Shown here: positions 30,847-42,057 of the stretch, piece after piece
Position numbering within the stretch: the stretch's first letter is position 1
How the letters are laid out: each line of letters starts with the position of its first letter
Source of the DNA: an uncultured Flavobacteriales bacterium
Lineage (GTDB): Bacteria > Bacteroidota > Bacteroidia > Flavobacteriales > BACL11
NCBI GenBank assembly: GCA_964004625.1
Contig: CAXFOB010000016.1
Span: 2,319 to 66,318, forward strand
Length of the DNA: 64,000 nucleotides
Direction: 5' to 3'
Translations under genes and position numbers: made by a program
The notes under the pieces: model-generated
Told to the model about the DNA's origin: nothing
What the model saw: the letters and a program-made list of their open reading frames with translations, nothing else
The model's database searches: none

Positions 30847-32010
30847 ATGAGAAAAATACTTATTATCATCTCAGGTATAGTGATCTTTATTCTTTTTGGG
30901 GTTGTTAGTTCAATAAGCTATGATATGGGAATTTCATATGGAGTAAAAAATGCGGAGAAAATAAGGTCTGAAAAAAATAAAGAATCAATAGATATAGAAA
31001 AAGAAATACCCACTGTTAATTTCAAAACAGCGAAAAATGAAATTTCAAAAATTAAAATTAATAGTTCAGGTAGAGTATTAAGTTACAATAATACAACTAT
31101 TAACTCTGAAGTTAATGGTACAATTCTTTCTAATTCAAAAATAAAAAAAGGATATTATTTTAAGAAAGGAGATTTACTTTTTCAAATCAAAGATAGTGAC
31201 ACAAGACTTTTACTTGATTCAAAAAAGAGTAATTATATAAATACCATATCATCAATTCTTGCTGATATTAAGTTGGATTATCCAGATGAATATGATAAAT
31301 GGGAAAAATATTTCAATTCATTATCTTACAAAATACAAATAAAAGAATTGCCGAAATTTAATAGTACAAAGGAAAAAAACTTCATAATTTCCAGAAGAAT
31401 TATGACTGAATTTTTATCAATAAAATCAGATGAAGAAAGATTGAAAAAATATAAATTTTATGCTCCATTTGATGGAAGTATTACAAAATCCTATATTGAT
31501 ATTTCAACTAATGTAAACATTGGAACACCAATAATTGACATTATTAGAGATGGTAAAAAAGAAGTTGAATTAAACATTAATAATAAAGATAGAAAATTAA
31601 TATCTGTAGGAAATTTAGTTACTCTAACTGATGACAACAAATCTGAATATAACGGATTCGTTAGTAGAATTGGCAATTTTGTGAACCCAGAAACACAAAA
31701 TATTTCCGTATTCATAGAAATTCCAAAAAAATCAATTGATAGAGACTTATTTAATGGAATGTATTTAAATGCACAAATCGAAACTTACACAAAAATGACA
31801 GTGTGTATTATCCCAAGAAGATCATTAATTTCTAATAATGAAATATTTATTTTAAACGAAAATAATTCATTAGAAGTCAAGTCAATAAATATAATTACCG
31901 AACAAGATAATAATATTATTGTTGACAATATTAAAGACGGTGAAAGAGTCATAATTGAACCCCTTGTCAATGTGAAAACAGGAACAAAAGTTATTCCGAT
32001 AGAATTATAG
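30847..32010 (+). CDS. RND efflux periplasmic adaptor subunit
   Basis: SEVNG.I...KKG.FKKGD, APFDG.I, V.PETQ, GMY; first gene of a tripartite operon; TATTTTTG at 30811. Confidence 0.88.
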   Translation: MRKILIIISGIVIFILFGVVSSISYDMGISYGVKNAEKIRSEKNKESIDIEKEIPTVNFKTAKNEISKIKINSSGRVLSYNNTTINSEVNGTILSNSKIKKGYYFKKGDLLFQIKDSDTRLLLDSKKSNYINTISSILADIKLDYPDEYDKWEKYFNSLSYKIQIKELPKFNSTKEKNFIISRRIMTEFLSIKSDEERLKKYKFYAPFDGSITKSYIDISTNVNIGTPIIDIIRDGKKEVELNINNKDRKLISVGNLVTLTDDNKSEYNGFVSRIGNFVNPETQNISVFIEIPKKSIDRDLFNGMYLNAQIETYTKMTVCIIPRRSLISNNEIFILNENNSLEVKSINIITEQDNNIIVDNIKDGERVIIEPLVNVKTGTKVIPIEL

Positions 32011-35000
32011 ATGAAAAAAATAATTGCACATTTTATAAAGTATCCTATATACTCAAATGCTATAATACTTATAACAGCACTTGTAGGTATCATAAGTTTA
32101 AGTCAAATGCCAAGGTCTTTCTTTCCTGAACTATCTCCAAATAAAATCTATATTAATGTAGCATATCCAGGTGCTTCACCAGAAGAGATAGAACAAGGAA
32201 TAACTACTAGAGTAGAAGAATCATTAAATGGAATTGAAGGAATAGAAGAAATCACCTCAAGTAGTTCTGAAAATATCTCTCAGATTACAGTTAAAACATA
32301 TGCAGGATTTAATATTGATGAAATTCTTCAAGAAATTAAAAATTCGGTAGACGCAATATACTCCTTTCCTGAAGGCGCTGAAAAACCAACAATACAAAAA
32401 CAAAAATCCAGAGGTATGGGTGGAATGGGTAATACAGTTGGATTTTATGCATTAAATGGACCAGATGACCTTTGGTCATTAAAAGAAAAATCTGATCAAA
32501 TTGAAAAAGATTTGTTAAGTGATGATAATATTAGTCAGTTAGAAGTAATTGGATATTCTCCAATTATTATTTCTGTTGAATTAAATGAAAATGAACTTTT
32601 AAGACATAATCTAAATTTTGATATAGTTTCTAATAAAATAAAAATGTCAAATATTGATATTTCTGGAGGAAGTATCAAAACTAAAAAAGACGAAATTATT
32701 ATTAGATCAAACAACAGAAAAAATACAGCTGAAGAATTAAGAAAAATAGTTATACAATCAAATATCAACGGAGGTATTGTTAGGTTGAAAGATGTCGCTT
32801 CTGTTGAAATGAAATTCTCCGAAATACCAATTAAATCTTATGTTAATGGAGAAAGATCAATTAGTTTTATTATTAAGAAAACACCAGATGAAGATTTAAA
32901 AAAAATTGCTAATTCTCTAGAAAATTATATTAACAAATTTAATTCAGAAAATAAAGATTTTGAAATATTAACTTTATTTCAATTCTCTGACATGTTAGAT
33001 CAAAGAATTGAAACTTTAAGCGACAACTTGATATTAGGATTAATTTTAGTTTTAATTGTTTTAGGGTTTTTCTTGAGTTTTAGATTGTCAGCCTGGGTTG
33101 CCTTTGGAATACCATTTTCTTTTATTGGAATGATATCTATTGGTATTCTTTATGGAATGACAATAAATATGATATCGTTATTTGGAATGATTTTAGTTGT
33201 TGGAATTTTAGTAGACGATGGTATAGTTATTGCAGAAAATATTTATAGTCATTTTGAAAGAGGAAAATCACCAATGCAAGCTGCCTTAGACGGCACAATG
33301 GAAGTAGTGACACCTGTTCTAACTTCAGTTCTAACTACAGTGTTCGCATTTTCAACACTATTATTTGTTGGGGGTGAAATGGAAATGATGGAAGAAATGG
33401 CCTTTAGTGTAATTGCCGCATTATTATTTTCTTTGATTGAAGCATTCCTAATATTACCTTCTCATCTTTCTAATAAAAAAGTATTTACAAAAGAAAAAAA
33501 CACAATTTTCTCAAAAATTAAAGAAAATGTAGAAAATTTCATTATAAAACTTAGAGATAAATATAATATTCTTAACAAAAAATTTATTAAAAATTACAGA
33601 TATCATGTATGGACACCTATTATATTTATTTCTTTAGTATTAATATTGTTAATAAATGGTACTATACGATGGACTTTCTTCCCTTCTGTTCCTTTTAATG
33701 AAGTGAAAATTGAATTTGCGTACAAGCCCGGAGAACGGGAGTTTAGAACTGAAAATTTCTTAATCTATTGTGATTCAATCATACAAGATTATAATAAGGA
33801 ATTAATCGAAAAATTTAATGACTCAATTATTACTAATGTATCCTATTCAATAGGTTTCACCGAAAACTTAGGTGTTTCTGGAGCAAATGTTGGTTCAATA
33901 AGAATTTCTTCTAAAGAAAATGATTTAATTTCTACCATACAAATGACGAATGATCTACAAAGTAGAATTAGTAAAGATTCGATATCACAAATGGAGAAGA
34001 TTACCTTTGGAGGAGCTCAGCAATTTGGAAAAGAAGTTTCAATTTCATTACAGTCTGAAAATGATTTGGAATTAAAAGAATCTGTAGAATGGTTAAAAGA
34101 TAAGATTTCAAATATCAACATTGTTAAAGAAGTATTAGATAATGGTGGTGTAGGAAACAGAGAATTACATTTGAAACTCAAAGAAAAAGCTTATTCTCTA
34201 GGCCTTACTGAAATCGATATTTATAAACAAATAAGACAAGGTTTCTTTGGAGAAGAGGTTCAAAGATTAATAATTGGAAGAGATGAAGTAAAAATTTGGG
34301 TACAATACACTGAAAAAGACAGAAACAGTATTCAAGATTTAGAAAATATAAAAATTAAAACAAAGTTTGGGCAACAAATTAATTTAAGTGAACTAGTAGA
34401 ATATGAATATAAAAGAGGTCGTGTAAAAATTAATCATATTGATGGAACTAAAGAAATTAGAGTTGACGCATCTTTATTTGACGCTGAGTATTCGGGTGTA
34501 GTTAATGATCAAATTGAAAAAGATTATCTACAAAACCTATCATTATTTTTCCCTAACGTTAAATACAAAATTATGGGACAAGCAGAAAGAGCTGCAGATA
34601 GTGGCAAAAGATTAGGAATTGCTTTTTTAATTAGTATCATTTTAATAGTTATTACAATTTCTTTAAATTTTAAATCCTTCTACCAAGCAAGATTAATTTT
34701 AATGGTAATACCAGTTGGTGTTTTTAGCGCTATTCTAGGACATGGAATTATGGGAAAACCATTTTCAACATTAAGTGTATGGGGAGTAATTGCACTTATT
34801 GGAATTTTAGTAAATGACGCCGTTGTTATGTTAGATAGATTTAATAGAAATCTTGAGGAAGGAATGGATATTAAAAAAGCTGTACTAGCAGCTGGAAATA
34901 GTAGGTTTAGACCTATAATATTAACTACAATAACAACTTTTGTAGGGCTTTTTCCTTTAATTTTAGAAACAAGTTTTCAATCACAATTTTTAATACCAAT

Positions 35001-35196
35001 GGCTATTTCTGTAGCGTTTGGAGTTTTATTCGGGACTATTTTACTTTTATTTTATTTTCCGTCTCTTATCTTGTACTTTAACGATATTAGAAGAAGTAGG
35101 TGGTGGTTGTGGAGAGGTGGAAAAACCCCGCCTAGCAGAATGGAGGTTGAACCATTTACTAAATTACAGAAAAGAAATTTAGAAATAGAAAACTAA
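32011..35196 (+). CDS. RND efflux permease (AcrB/AcrD/AcrF family)
   Basis: YPGASPEEIE, GILVDDGIVIAENI, GILVNDAVV, RFRPIILTTITT. Confidence 0.95.
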   Translation: MKKIIAHFIKYPIYSNAIILITALVGIISLSQMPRSFFPELSPNKIYINVAYPGASPEEIEQGITTRVEESLNGIEGIEEITSSSSENISQITVKTYAGFNIDEILQEIKNSVDAIYSFPEGAEKPTIQKQKSRGMGGMGNTVGFYALNGPDDLWSLKEKSDQIEKDLLSDDNISQLEVIGYSPIIISVELNENELLRHNLNFDIVSNKIKMSNIDISGGSIKTKKDEIIIRSNNRKNTAEELRKIVIQSNINGGIVRLKDVASVEMKFSEIPIKSYVNGERSISFIIKKTPDEDLKKIANSLENYINKFNSENKDFEILTLFQFSDMLDQRIETLSDNLILGLILVLIVLGFFLSFRLSAWVAFGIPFSFIGMISIGILYGMTINMISLFGMILVVGILVDDGIVIAENIYSHFERGKSPMQAALDGTMEVVTPVLTSVLTTVFAFSTLLFVGGEMEMMEEMAFSVIAALLFSLIEAFLILPSHLSNKKVFTKEKNTIFSKIKENVENFIIKLRDKYNILNKKFIKNYRYHVWTPIIFISLVLILLINGTIRWTFFPSVPFNEVKIEFAYKPGEREFRTENFLIYCDSIIQDYNKELIEKFNDSIITNVSYSIGFTENLGVSGANVGSIRISSKENDLISTIQMTNDLQSRISKDSISQMEKITFGGAQQFGKEVSISLQSENDLELKESVEWLKDKISNINIVKEVLDNGGVGNRELHLKLKEKAYSLGLTEIDIYKQIRQGFFGEEVQRLIIGRDEVKIWVQYTEKDRNSIQDLENIKIKTKFGQQINLSELVEYEYKRGRVKINHIDGTKEIRVDASLFDAEYSGVVNDQIEKDYLQNLSLFFPNVKYKIMGQAERAADSGKRLGIAFLISIILIVITISLNFKSFYQARLILMVIPVGVFSAILGHGIMGKPFSTLSVWGVIALIGILVNDAVVMLDRFNRNLEEGMDIKKAVLAAGNSRFRPIILTTITTFVGLFPLILETSFQSQFLIPMAISVAFGVLFGTILLLFYFPSLILYFNDIRRSRWWLWRGGKTPPSRMEVEPFTKLQKRNLEIEN

Positions 35197-36512
35197 TGAA
35201 AAATACTATTCAATACATATTTATTTTTATTCCATTTTTTGTTTTTTCTCAGGAGAACTTAACTTTAGAAGATGCTATAAAAATTGGTTTAAAACAGAAT
35301 TTTGAAATTCAGTTGAGTAAGAAAAATTTGGAAATCAACAAGTTAAACAATAATCTAGGTAACGCTGGAGGTTTACCTACACTTAACATTTCTGCTAGAC
35401 AAGAAAAAGCAATTTCTGATCAATCAGATAATCCAACTTCTTTTATACAGGAAATCCTTAAATCAGAATCCATTAATGCATCGGCAAACCTAAGTTGGAC
35501 TTTATTTAATGGATATGGAATAAAAGCAAATAAAGAAAAACTAAATCAACTAGAGTATCTTAGTAATGGAAATCTAACTATAATTCTAGAGAATACAACT
35601 CAAGCTATTATACTCTCCTATTACAATTGTATCCTACAAAATGAGAGACTTACACTTCTACAAAATGTGGTAAATTTATCCAGAGAGAGATTGATTTATC
35701 AGAAAACTAAATACGATATTGGTGTAAGTAGTAAAATGGAATTACTTCAATTTGAAAACACTCTTTTAATAGATAGCTCTAACCTACTTACCCAAAAACT
35801 GAATTATAGAAATTCTGTAAAAAATTTAAATTTGGTTCTAGGAATTGATTTACATTCAGAATGGAATTTTATCGATAAAATGAAATCGGAAACACAAGTA
35901 TTCAACTATCTTAATCTGCAAGAGAAAACATTATTAAACAATACTAACATCAAAAACCAAAGCATTAATAATGAAATAATTAGACAAGATATTACTTTAG
36001 CCAAATCTGCCTACTATCCTATTGTATCTTTTAATTCAGGAGCTTCATACAATGAAAGTGTTTATGATGTAGGAAACTCTGGATTTGATGGAGATAATAC
36101 AGGAGAAACACTAAATTACTATGCTAATATCTCAGTAAACTTTCGACTATATGATGGGGGTAAGTATAAAAAACTTTTACAAGAAGCAGAGATAAGACAA
36201 GATATAAATAATATAAATTTAGAAAGTCAAAAAAGAGATGTTTTAAATAAATTATCTGTTAGTTATGAAAAATATAATAGCAAAATAGTAATACATAATT
36301 TAAGTAAAAAGGCTTTTGAAATTGCTGAAATCAACTATCAAATAGCTAATGACAAAAGCAATAGAGGTTTGATAAACTCTTTTGACTTAAGAGATATTGA
36401 AATTGCTTATTTAAACTCTGGAATTAGCTATTTACAATCTGTATATAGTTTAAATGAAAGTTACCTTGATTTAGTAAAAATTACTGGGGGAATTCTGGAG
36501 GTTAGCGAGTAA
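35196..36512 (+). CDS. TolC-family outer-membrane channel
   Basis: LTLEDAI..GL.QN, LPTL, WTLFNG, KSAYYP, LYDG; coupled to the RND permease. Confidence 0.9.
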   Translation: MKNTIQYIFIFIPFFVFSQENLTLEDAIKIGLKQNFEIQLSKKNLEINKLNNNLGNAGGLPTLNISARQEKAISDQSDNPTSFIQEILKSESINASANLSWTLFNGYGIKANKEKLNQLEYLSNGNLTIILENTTQAIILSYYNCILQNERLTLLQNVVNLSRERLIYQKTKYDIGVSSKMELLQFENTLLIDSSNLLTQKLNYRNSVKNLNLVLGIDLHSEWNFIDKMKSETQVFNYLNLQEKTLLNNTNIKNQSINNEIIRQDITLAKSAYYPIVSFNSGASYNESVYDVGNSGFDGDNTGETLNYYANISVNFRLYDGGKYKKLLQEAEIRQDINNINLESQKRDVLNKLSVSYEKYNSKIVIHNLSKKAFEIAEINYQIANDKSNRGLINSFDLRDIEIAYLNSGISYLQSVYSLNESYLDLVKITGGILEVSE

Positions 36513-37233
36513 TTAGAAAATTCTTCTTGAAATCTACAAGTATTATTTTAATGTTTTTATTTTTAGACAAATTTACAATCTTTTGTTTATCCTTTTCTGA
36601 TGTTAAGTCATTAGTCCAGCAATTAATAGAGTAATTAGGAAACTTCTTTAAATAAAAATGTAAGGAGTTGTAATCGCATGAAATTGCAGTTGGTTTATAT
36701 TTAATAATATTGTTTGTTATCATAAAAGAGTTAGACAGAACCCCGAAAAAGTGATAATTAGGCAACCAATAACTAATTGCAAAACCATTTTCTTTAAATT
36801 TATGAAGTGTCTCAATTTTTTTTGACTCAACAATAATATTATCTCTTAATTGGTACTGTTCTGTAATTCTTTTAAGAAGTAACACACTCTCTTCTACATT
36901 CATAGAATCTAAATTTTTAAAATCAATCCAAAAATATTTTCCTTCTAAGGATCTAAACTCAGAAAACAATGAGAGTAATGTATGTTTGTAGTCCTTTCCA
37001 TGATGTTTCACCTCAAAAATATTTTTCTTTTTATTGTAAAAAACATCTATTTCGTAACCAGTAAATTCTTCTAAATTATCATTTTCATTTTTTGGATCTA
37101 ACAATCTATGCATCCACAACTTATCCTCCGAAGGATAAAATATTGTATCAGGTTTTACATGACTAAAAGGAATTAAGTAGAATATTAAATAAAATACAAG
37201 AAATAAAATTATAATTCTTAATAAAACTTTCAT
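36502..37233 (-). CDS. Hypothetical membrane-anchored protein, possibly PLC/GDPD-like phosphodiesterase fold
   Basis: N-terminal TM; W.HR...G.EIDV...V.H...WIDFK...IVES pattern. Confidence 0.5.
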   Translation of the reverse strand: MKVLLRIIILFLVFYLIFYLIPFSHVKPDTIFYPSEDKLWMHRLLDPKNENDNLEEFTGYEIDVFYNKKKNIFEVKHHGKDYKHTLLSLFSEFRSLEGKYFWIDFKNLDSMNVEESVLLLKRITEQYQLRDNIIVESKKIETLHKFKENGFAISYWLPNYHFFGVLSNSFMITNNIIKYKPTAISCDYNSLHFYLKKFPNYSINCWTNDLTSEKDKQKIVNLSKNKNIKIILVDFKKNFLITR

Positions 37234-37706
37234 AAATCTGAGATATGAATTACATCCTTAATATTTGCAAAAGAATTTTCTAATCTTTTGTTTACCTCTT
37301 GTTTGTTGCACCACTCTACTTTTGTTATCCCCTCCTCTATTTGAGGTCTTAAATCTCCAGTGAAATCCGTTTTCATTTTAAACCAATATGTTTTCTTTAA
37401 TACTTTTGTGCTATTTACAACATAAGTATGGTACGTATCAATTAATTTATTGTCTATTTGTAATTCCTGAAGTCCACACTCTTCCTCTACTTCTCGTATA
37501 GCGCATTCTTCAATTAATTCTCCCAACTCTAACTTCCCTTTTGGCAAATCCCACTTACCATTTCTGAAAATCATTAGAACTTTTTTCTCACAGTTAAAGA
37601 CCAATCCACCAGCTGCTTCAATCAATGTAAATTGACTGCAAAATTCTTCCCAATTTTCTGTTACAAATTTTGCCTCATTATTTATGTAAACTTTATATTT
37701 TTGCAT
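37230..37706 (-). CDS. NUDIX hydrolase
   Basis: WDLPKGKLE.GE....CAIREVEEECGL Nudix box; start ATG 37706 (or 37709). Confidence 0.92.
   Translation of the reverse strand: MQKYKVYINNEAKFVTENWEEFCSQFTLIEAAGGLVFNCEKKVLMIFRNGKWDLPKGKLELGELIEECAIREVEEECGLQELQIDNKLIDTYHTYVVNSTKVLKKTYWFKMKTDFTGDLRPQIEEGITKVEWCNKQEVNKRLENSFANIKDVIHISDL
37696..37703 (+). promoter_or_regulatory. -7 element TATTTTTG for pyrE, lying inside the NUDIX coding sequence
   Basis: 4 nt before the pyrE ATG. Confidence 0.6.
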
Positions 37707-37707
37707 C

Positions 37708-38349
37708 ATGATATACGATATTGATATTGCCAAACAAGTTGCCAAATCATTATTGCAAATTAAAGCAATTATTTTACAACCAAATAATCCTTTTAAATGG
37801 GCTGCAGGATGGAACTCTCCAATCTATTGTGACAACAGAAAAACTTTATCCTACCCAGAGATAAGAACATTTATCAGAACCTCATTAGCCTCTGCTATAA
37901 ACAACCATTATAAAGGAGCGAATGTAATTGCAGGAGTTGCAACTGCTGGAATTCCTCACGGAGCATTAGTAGCTGAAGAATTAGGACTTCCTTTTATTTA
38001 TGTAAGGTCTAAAGCAAAAGAACACGGAAAAAGAAATCAAATAGAAGGACACTTTGAAAAAGGACAATCTGTAGTACTAATAGAAGATTTAATTAGTAGT
38101 GGGAAAAGTAGTTTGGATGCAGTGTCTGCACTAAGAGAAGCTGGAATGAATGTAAAAGGGTTGGTATCCATATTTACATATGGTTTTGAAGCAGCAAAAC
38201 AAAATTTTAAGAACGCAAATTGCGATTTTGTATCACTTTGCGATTATGAAAATATGCTTCCACAAGCATTAGAAACAAATTATATTACTAAATCTGAACT
38301 CCCTCTATTACAAGAATGGAGAAAAGATCCATCCATTTGGGAAAAATAA
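37708..38349 (+). CDS. pyrE: Orotate phosphoribosyltransferase
   Basis: SPIYCDNR, GVATAGIP, YVR.K.K.HG, LIEDLISSGKS. Confidence 0.96.
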   Translation: MIYDIDIAKQVAKSLLQIKAIILQPNNPFKWAAGWNSPIYCDNRKTLSYPEIRTFIRTSLASAINNHYKGANVIAGVATAGIPHGALVAEELGLPFIYVRSKAKEHGKRNQIEGHFEKGQSVVLIEDLISSGKSSLDAVSALREAGMNVKGLVSIFTYGFEAAKQNFKNANCDFVSLCDYENMLPQALETNYITKSELPLLQEWRKDPSIWEK

Positions 38350-38353
38350 AATT

Positions 38354-38746
38354 ATGTCAACATTTAGTGGACCAGAAGTAGTAGTAGAAAACTTAACTGC
38401 AGAACAATTATTTAATAAACTGAGTAATCTAAGTAATTTAAAAGAAATTATGCCTTCCACTATAGACAGCTTTGAAGCAACAGAAGATACCTGTTCTTTT
38501 AAAATGAAAGGAATGCCACAACTAGATTTGCATCTATCTGAAAAAACTCCATTTTCAAAGATATCATTGTCTGCGGCTGGAATTCCTGTAAGTTTTTCGT
38601 TAGATTGTTTTATTACTGATTGTGGATCAAAATGTCAAGTAAGATTAGAAGTTAATACTGAGTTAAACATGATGATGAAAATGATGGTAGAAAAACCAAT
38701 TAATAATTTCTTAAATGTTTTATCTGAAAAACTTAGAACTCTTTAA
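38354..38746 (+). CDS. SRPBCC/START-like family protein
   Basis: Size, NL..IMP and LNMMMKMMVEKP motifs; typical pyrE-downstream gene. Confidence 0.65.
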   Translation: MSTFSGPEVVVENLTAEQLFNKLSNLSNLKEIMPSTIDSFEATEDTCSFKMKGMPQLDLHLSEKTPFSKISLSAAGIPVSFSLDCFITDCGSKCQVRLEVNTELNMMMKMMVEKPINNFLNVLSEKLRTL

Positions 38747-39474
38747 GACAAATATTTAATCTCTTGCAGTGTAAATTTTTTAGTAGAATCCTCAAGTTCT
38801 AAAACTAAAAAACCATCTCTACTTACAGATCTAATTATTCCGATTTTAATTGAATTATCTACTTCAAAAATAGAAGCCTTATCTTTTAAATATAAGTAAG
38901 AAAAATAATCATCTGAATTTTTTTTCTCAGACATACTCAATCTTTTGGTTATTTTTTTAACAAATTCATCTCTAATCTGGTTTACAGAAAAAGAGGCATT
39001 AGACTCTAAACAAAAGGAGGTTGCTTTTCTGTTATAATTTGCAAAATCTGTTTGATTAATATTTAATCCTAATCCTATTATAGTTTGAAGTATTTTATCC
39101 TGTTTTACAAAGTTCTGTATTAATATACCACCAACCTTTTTTTTATTAATTAAAATATCATTTGGCCATTTAATACTTAAGTTTTTAAAGTTATGTTTTT
39201 CAAGAACATCTATCACAGATAGAGAGGAAACAATATTTAAATAGAATTGGTTCGTTACGTTTATATCTAAATTGAGAACGATACTTATGAGTAAGTTCTT
39301 GCCTCGTTCAGAGTTCCACGAATTTAACAACTGTCCTTTTCCTGATTTTTGAAAATCAGCTGTAATTACAAAATCATCTTGGAATTTATTTTCCTTCAAA
39401 TATTTTCTTGCAGTTTCATTTGTAGAGTTTACCTCCTTAAAATGTATTATATTTTTGTTTAATTCTACTTTCAT
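38743..39474 (-). CDS. birA: Biotin--[acetyl-CoA-carboxylase] ligase (no HTH)
   Basis: STN, Q..GKGQ..N.W.S, IKWPNDI, KKVGGIL, GLGLNINQ. Confidence 0.93.
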   Translation of the reverse strand: MKVELNKNIIHFKEVNSTNETARKYLKENKFQDDFVITADFQKSGKGQLLNSWNSERGKNLLISIVLNLDINVTNQFYLNIVSSLSVIDVLEKHNFKNLSIKWPNDILINKKKVGGILIQNFVKQDKILQTIIGLGLNINQTDFANYNRKATSFCLESNASFSVNQIRDEFVKKITKRLSMSEKKNSDDYFSYLYLKDKASIFEVDNSIKIGIIRSVSRDGFLVLELEDSTKKFTLQEIKYLS

Positions 39475-39535
39475 ATAAAGAGTGCAAATATCCGTACAAA
39501 TTCTTACTTTTGCAGTCGCAATTTAAAAAATAAAT

Positions 39536-39907
39536 ATGATCAAACAAAAACTAGATGAATCTGATATCTTATTAGAAACGATAATTGAAGGTATGCGGGA
39601 GGTAAAAGGAAAAGATATTACTATTCTAGATTTAAAAAATATTGAAACTGCAGTTTGCAAGTATTTTGTAATTTGTAGTGGTACATCAAACACACATGTT
39701 TCTTCAGTATCTGACAATGTAAGAAAATTTGTGGCAAAAGAAATGCAGGAGAAACCATGGAATACAGAAGGACAAAGTACCTCCGAATGGATTTTATTGG
39801 ATTATTCTGACATTGTAGTACATGTATTTCAGGAAAAAACCAGAGCTTTTTATACTTTAGAAGACTTATGGGGTGATGCTGAAATAAGAACCTTTGAAAA
39901 TATATAA
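39536..39907 (+). CDS. rsfS: Ribosome silencing factor
   Basis: KG.DI..LDL, FVICSG.S..HV, WILLDY.DIVVHVF...R.FY.LE.LW; TACTTTTG at 39505. Confidence 0.95.
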   Translation: MIKQKLDESDILLETIIEGMREVKGKDITILDLKNIETAVCKYFVICSGTSNTHVSSVSDNVRKFVAKEMQEKPWNTEGQSTSEWILLDYSDIVVHVFQEKTRAFYTLEDLWGDAEIRTFENI

Positions 39908-39911
39908 AAAT

Positions 39912-41858
39912 ATGCAATCAAGAAAAACACCAAGTAAAAAAGTTCCACAAAATAATTCTCCAATAGGAGGATTTAAGATTTATTGGATTTACGGAATAAT
40001 AGCAATTATCTTTTTAGGATTGCAATTAACTTCTATTAAATCTTCTGAAAACATTACAGAAACTGAGTTTCTAAACAAAGTAGAGAACAATGATGTAAAG
40101 TCAGTAACTTTTGTTACAAATGCTGGATATGCAGAAGTAGAATTAATTAATAATCCTTCTAATACTCCACAATTACATTTCAGATATTCTGACATAAAAG
40201 ATGTTAAAGAGCAGATTAGATTAAAAAACTCTGATAATTATCAAATAATAATAGATAGCAGAGAGGAAAATAGAATGTTTGGAGAGATATTAAGTTGGAT
40301 TTTGCCACTTGTATTATTTATAGGTATCTGGATATTAATTATGAGAAGAATGGGAGGAAGCGCCGGAGGTGGGGGACAGATTTTCAACATAGGTAAATCA
40401 AAAGCTAAACTTATAAACAAAGAAGATGTAGCTGTAAATTTTAATGATGTTGCAGGATTAGAAGGAGCAAAAGAGGAGATAACTGAAATTGTAGATTTCT
40501 TAAAATCTCCACAAAAATATACAAAATTGGGTGGTAAAATTCCTAGAGGAGCAATGTTAATTGGGCCCCCAGGAACTGGTAAAACATTACTTGCAAAAGC
40601 AGTTGCTGGAGAAGCTAAAGTTCCATTCTTTTCTCTGTCTGGTTCTGATTTTGTAGAAATGTTTGTGGGTGTTGGAGCAAGTCGAGTAAGAGATTTATTC
40701 AAGCAAGCAAAAGAAAAGGCTCCTTCCATTATTTTTATTGACGAGATTGATGCGATTGGTAGAGCTAGGGGAAAAAATTCTATGACCGGAGGTAATGATG
40801 AAAGGGAAAATACTCTTAATCAACTTCTAACGGAGATGGATGGTTTTGGAACTAATACTGGAGTAATTGTAATGGCCGCTACTAACAGAGCAGATGTTTT
40901 AGATAAAGCCTTAATCAGACCTGGTAGGTTTGATAGACAAATATATGTAGACTTACCCGACCTAGTAGAACGTAAGGCAATTTTTGAAGTTCATCTAAAA
41001 CCTCTAAAATTAAGTAAAAACATAGATAGAAATTTTCTTGCCAGACAAACACCAGGATTTTCAGGTGCAGACATTGCAAATGTTTGTAATGAATCAGCAT
41101 TAATAGCAGCCAGAAAATCTAAAAAAACCATTGGTAAGCAGGACTTTCTTGATGCAATGGATAGAATTATTGGTGGAATGGAGAAAAAATCAAAAATCAT
41201 CTCTCCTATTGAGAAACAAACAATTGCGTATCATGAAGCGGGTCATGCAACTGTTAGTTGGATGTTACAATATGCATCTCCATTAGTAAAAGTAACAATT
41301 GTACCAAGAGGAAAATCATTAGGAGCGGCTTGGTACTTACCTGAAGAAAGACAACTTACTACAACTCAACAACTGGAGGATGAAATGTGTGCAGCTTTAG
41401 GAGGTAGAGCTGCCGAAGAAATCTTTTTTGGGAAGATATCTACGGGAGCACTATCTGATTTAGAAAAGGTAACTAAACAAGCCTACGCAATGATCTCAAT
41501 TTATGGAATGAGTAAAAAAATAGGGAATATAAGTTATTATGATTCCTCTGGTCAGAATAATGGATTTACAAAACCTTATTCTGAAGAAAGAGCAAAAATC
41601 ATGGATAATGAAGTAACTTCTCTAGTTGAAACACAATACGAAAGAGCTAAAAAAGTATTATTAGACAATAAAGAAAAACTAGAAAAATTAGCAAATTCAT
41701 TATTAGAAAATGAAGTAATTTTCAAATCCGACTTAGAAAAGATATTTGGAGAAAGAAAATGGAAAAGTTATGAAGAAGAAAAACTAAATGAACTAGACTC
41801 AAAAGCTGAACAAAAGAAAATCAAACAAGAAGATAATAATGGAGAAAAACTGGACTAA
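39912..41858 (+). CDS. ftsH: ATP-dependent zinc metalloprotease FtsH
   Basis: [26 protein letters not shown]; two TM segments. Confidence 0.98.
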   Translation: MQSRKTPSKKVPQNNSPIGGFKIYWIYGIIAIIFLGLQLTSIKSSENITETEFLNKVENNDVKSVTFVTNAGYAEVELINNPSNTPQLHFRYSDIKDVKEQIRLKNSDNYQIIIDSREENRMFGEILSWILPLVLFIGIWILIMRRMGGSAGGGGQIFNIGKSKAKLINKEDVAVNFNDVAGLEGAKEEITEIVDFLKSPQKYTKLGGKIPRGAMLIGPPGTGKTLLAKAVAGEAKVPFFSLSGSDFVEMFVGVGASRVRDLFKQAKEKAPSIIFIDEIDAIGRARGKNSMTGGNDERENTLNQLLTEMDGFGTNTGVIVMAATNRADVLDKALIRPGRFDRQIYVDLPDLVERKAIFEVHLKPLKLSKNIDRNFLARQTPGFSGADIANVCNESALIAARKSKKTIGKQDFLDAMDRIIGGMEKKSKIISPIEKQTIAYHEAGHATVSWMLQYASPLVKVTIVPRGKSLGAAWYLPEERQLTTTQQLEDEMCAALGGRAAEEIFFGKISTGALSDLEKVTKQAYAMISIYGMSKKIGNISYYDSSGQNNGFTKPYSEERAKIMDNEVTSLVETQYERAKKVLLDNKEKLEKLANSLLENEVIFKSDLEKIFGERKWKSYEEEKLNELDSKAEQKKIKQEDNNGEKLD

Positions 41859-42057
41859 AATATTCAGTTCAACCAATCCTATAGAGGTGGAAATTTTGAA
41901 ACAAATGTTAAAAGAAAATGGGGTAATATCTATTGACATCAATCAACAAGATTCATCATATAATATGTTTGGAAATATAAATCTTTATGTTCAAGAGGAA
42001 TATGTAGAACATGCTAATAAATTAATGACAAAAAACAACAATGAACGAAACTCTTAA
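41839..42057 (+). CDS. DUF2007-like small protein
   Basis: W.KIF....EVEI.K.ML.ENG......DSSY..FG.I.LYV. Confidence 0.7.
   Translation: MEKNWTKIFSSTNPIEVEILKQMLKENGVISIDINQQDSSYNMFGNINLYVQEEYVEHANKLMTKNNNERNS

Noticed and set aside
30847-36512. RND-TolC operon as an acquired resistance island
   Set aside because: No mobility genes or flanking repeats; an ordinary chromosomal pump with unpredictable substrate.
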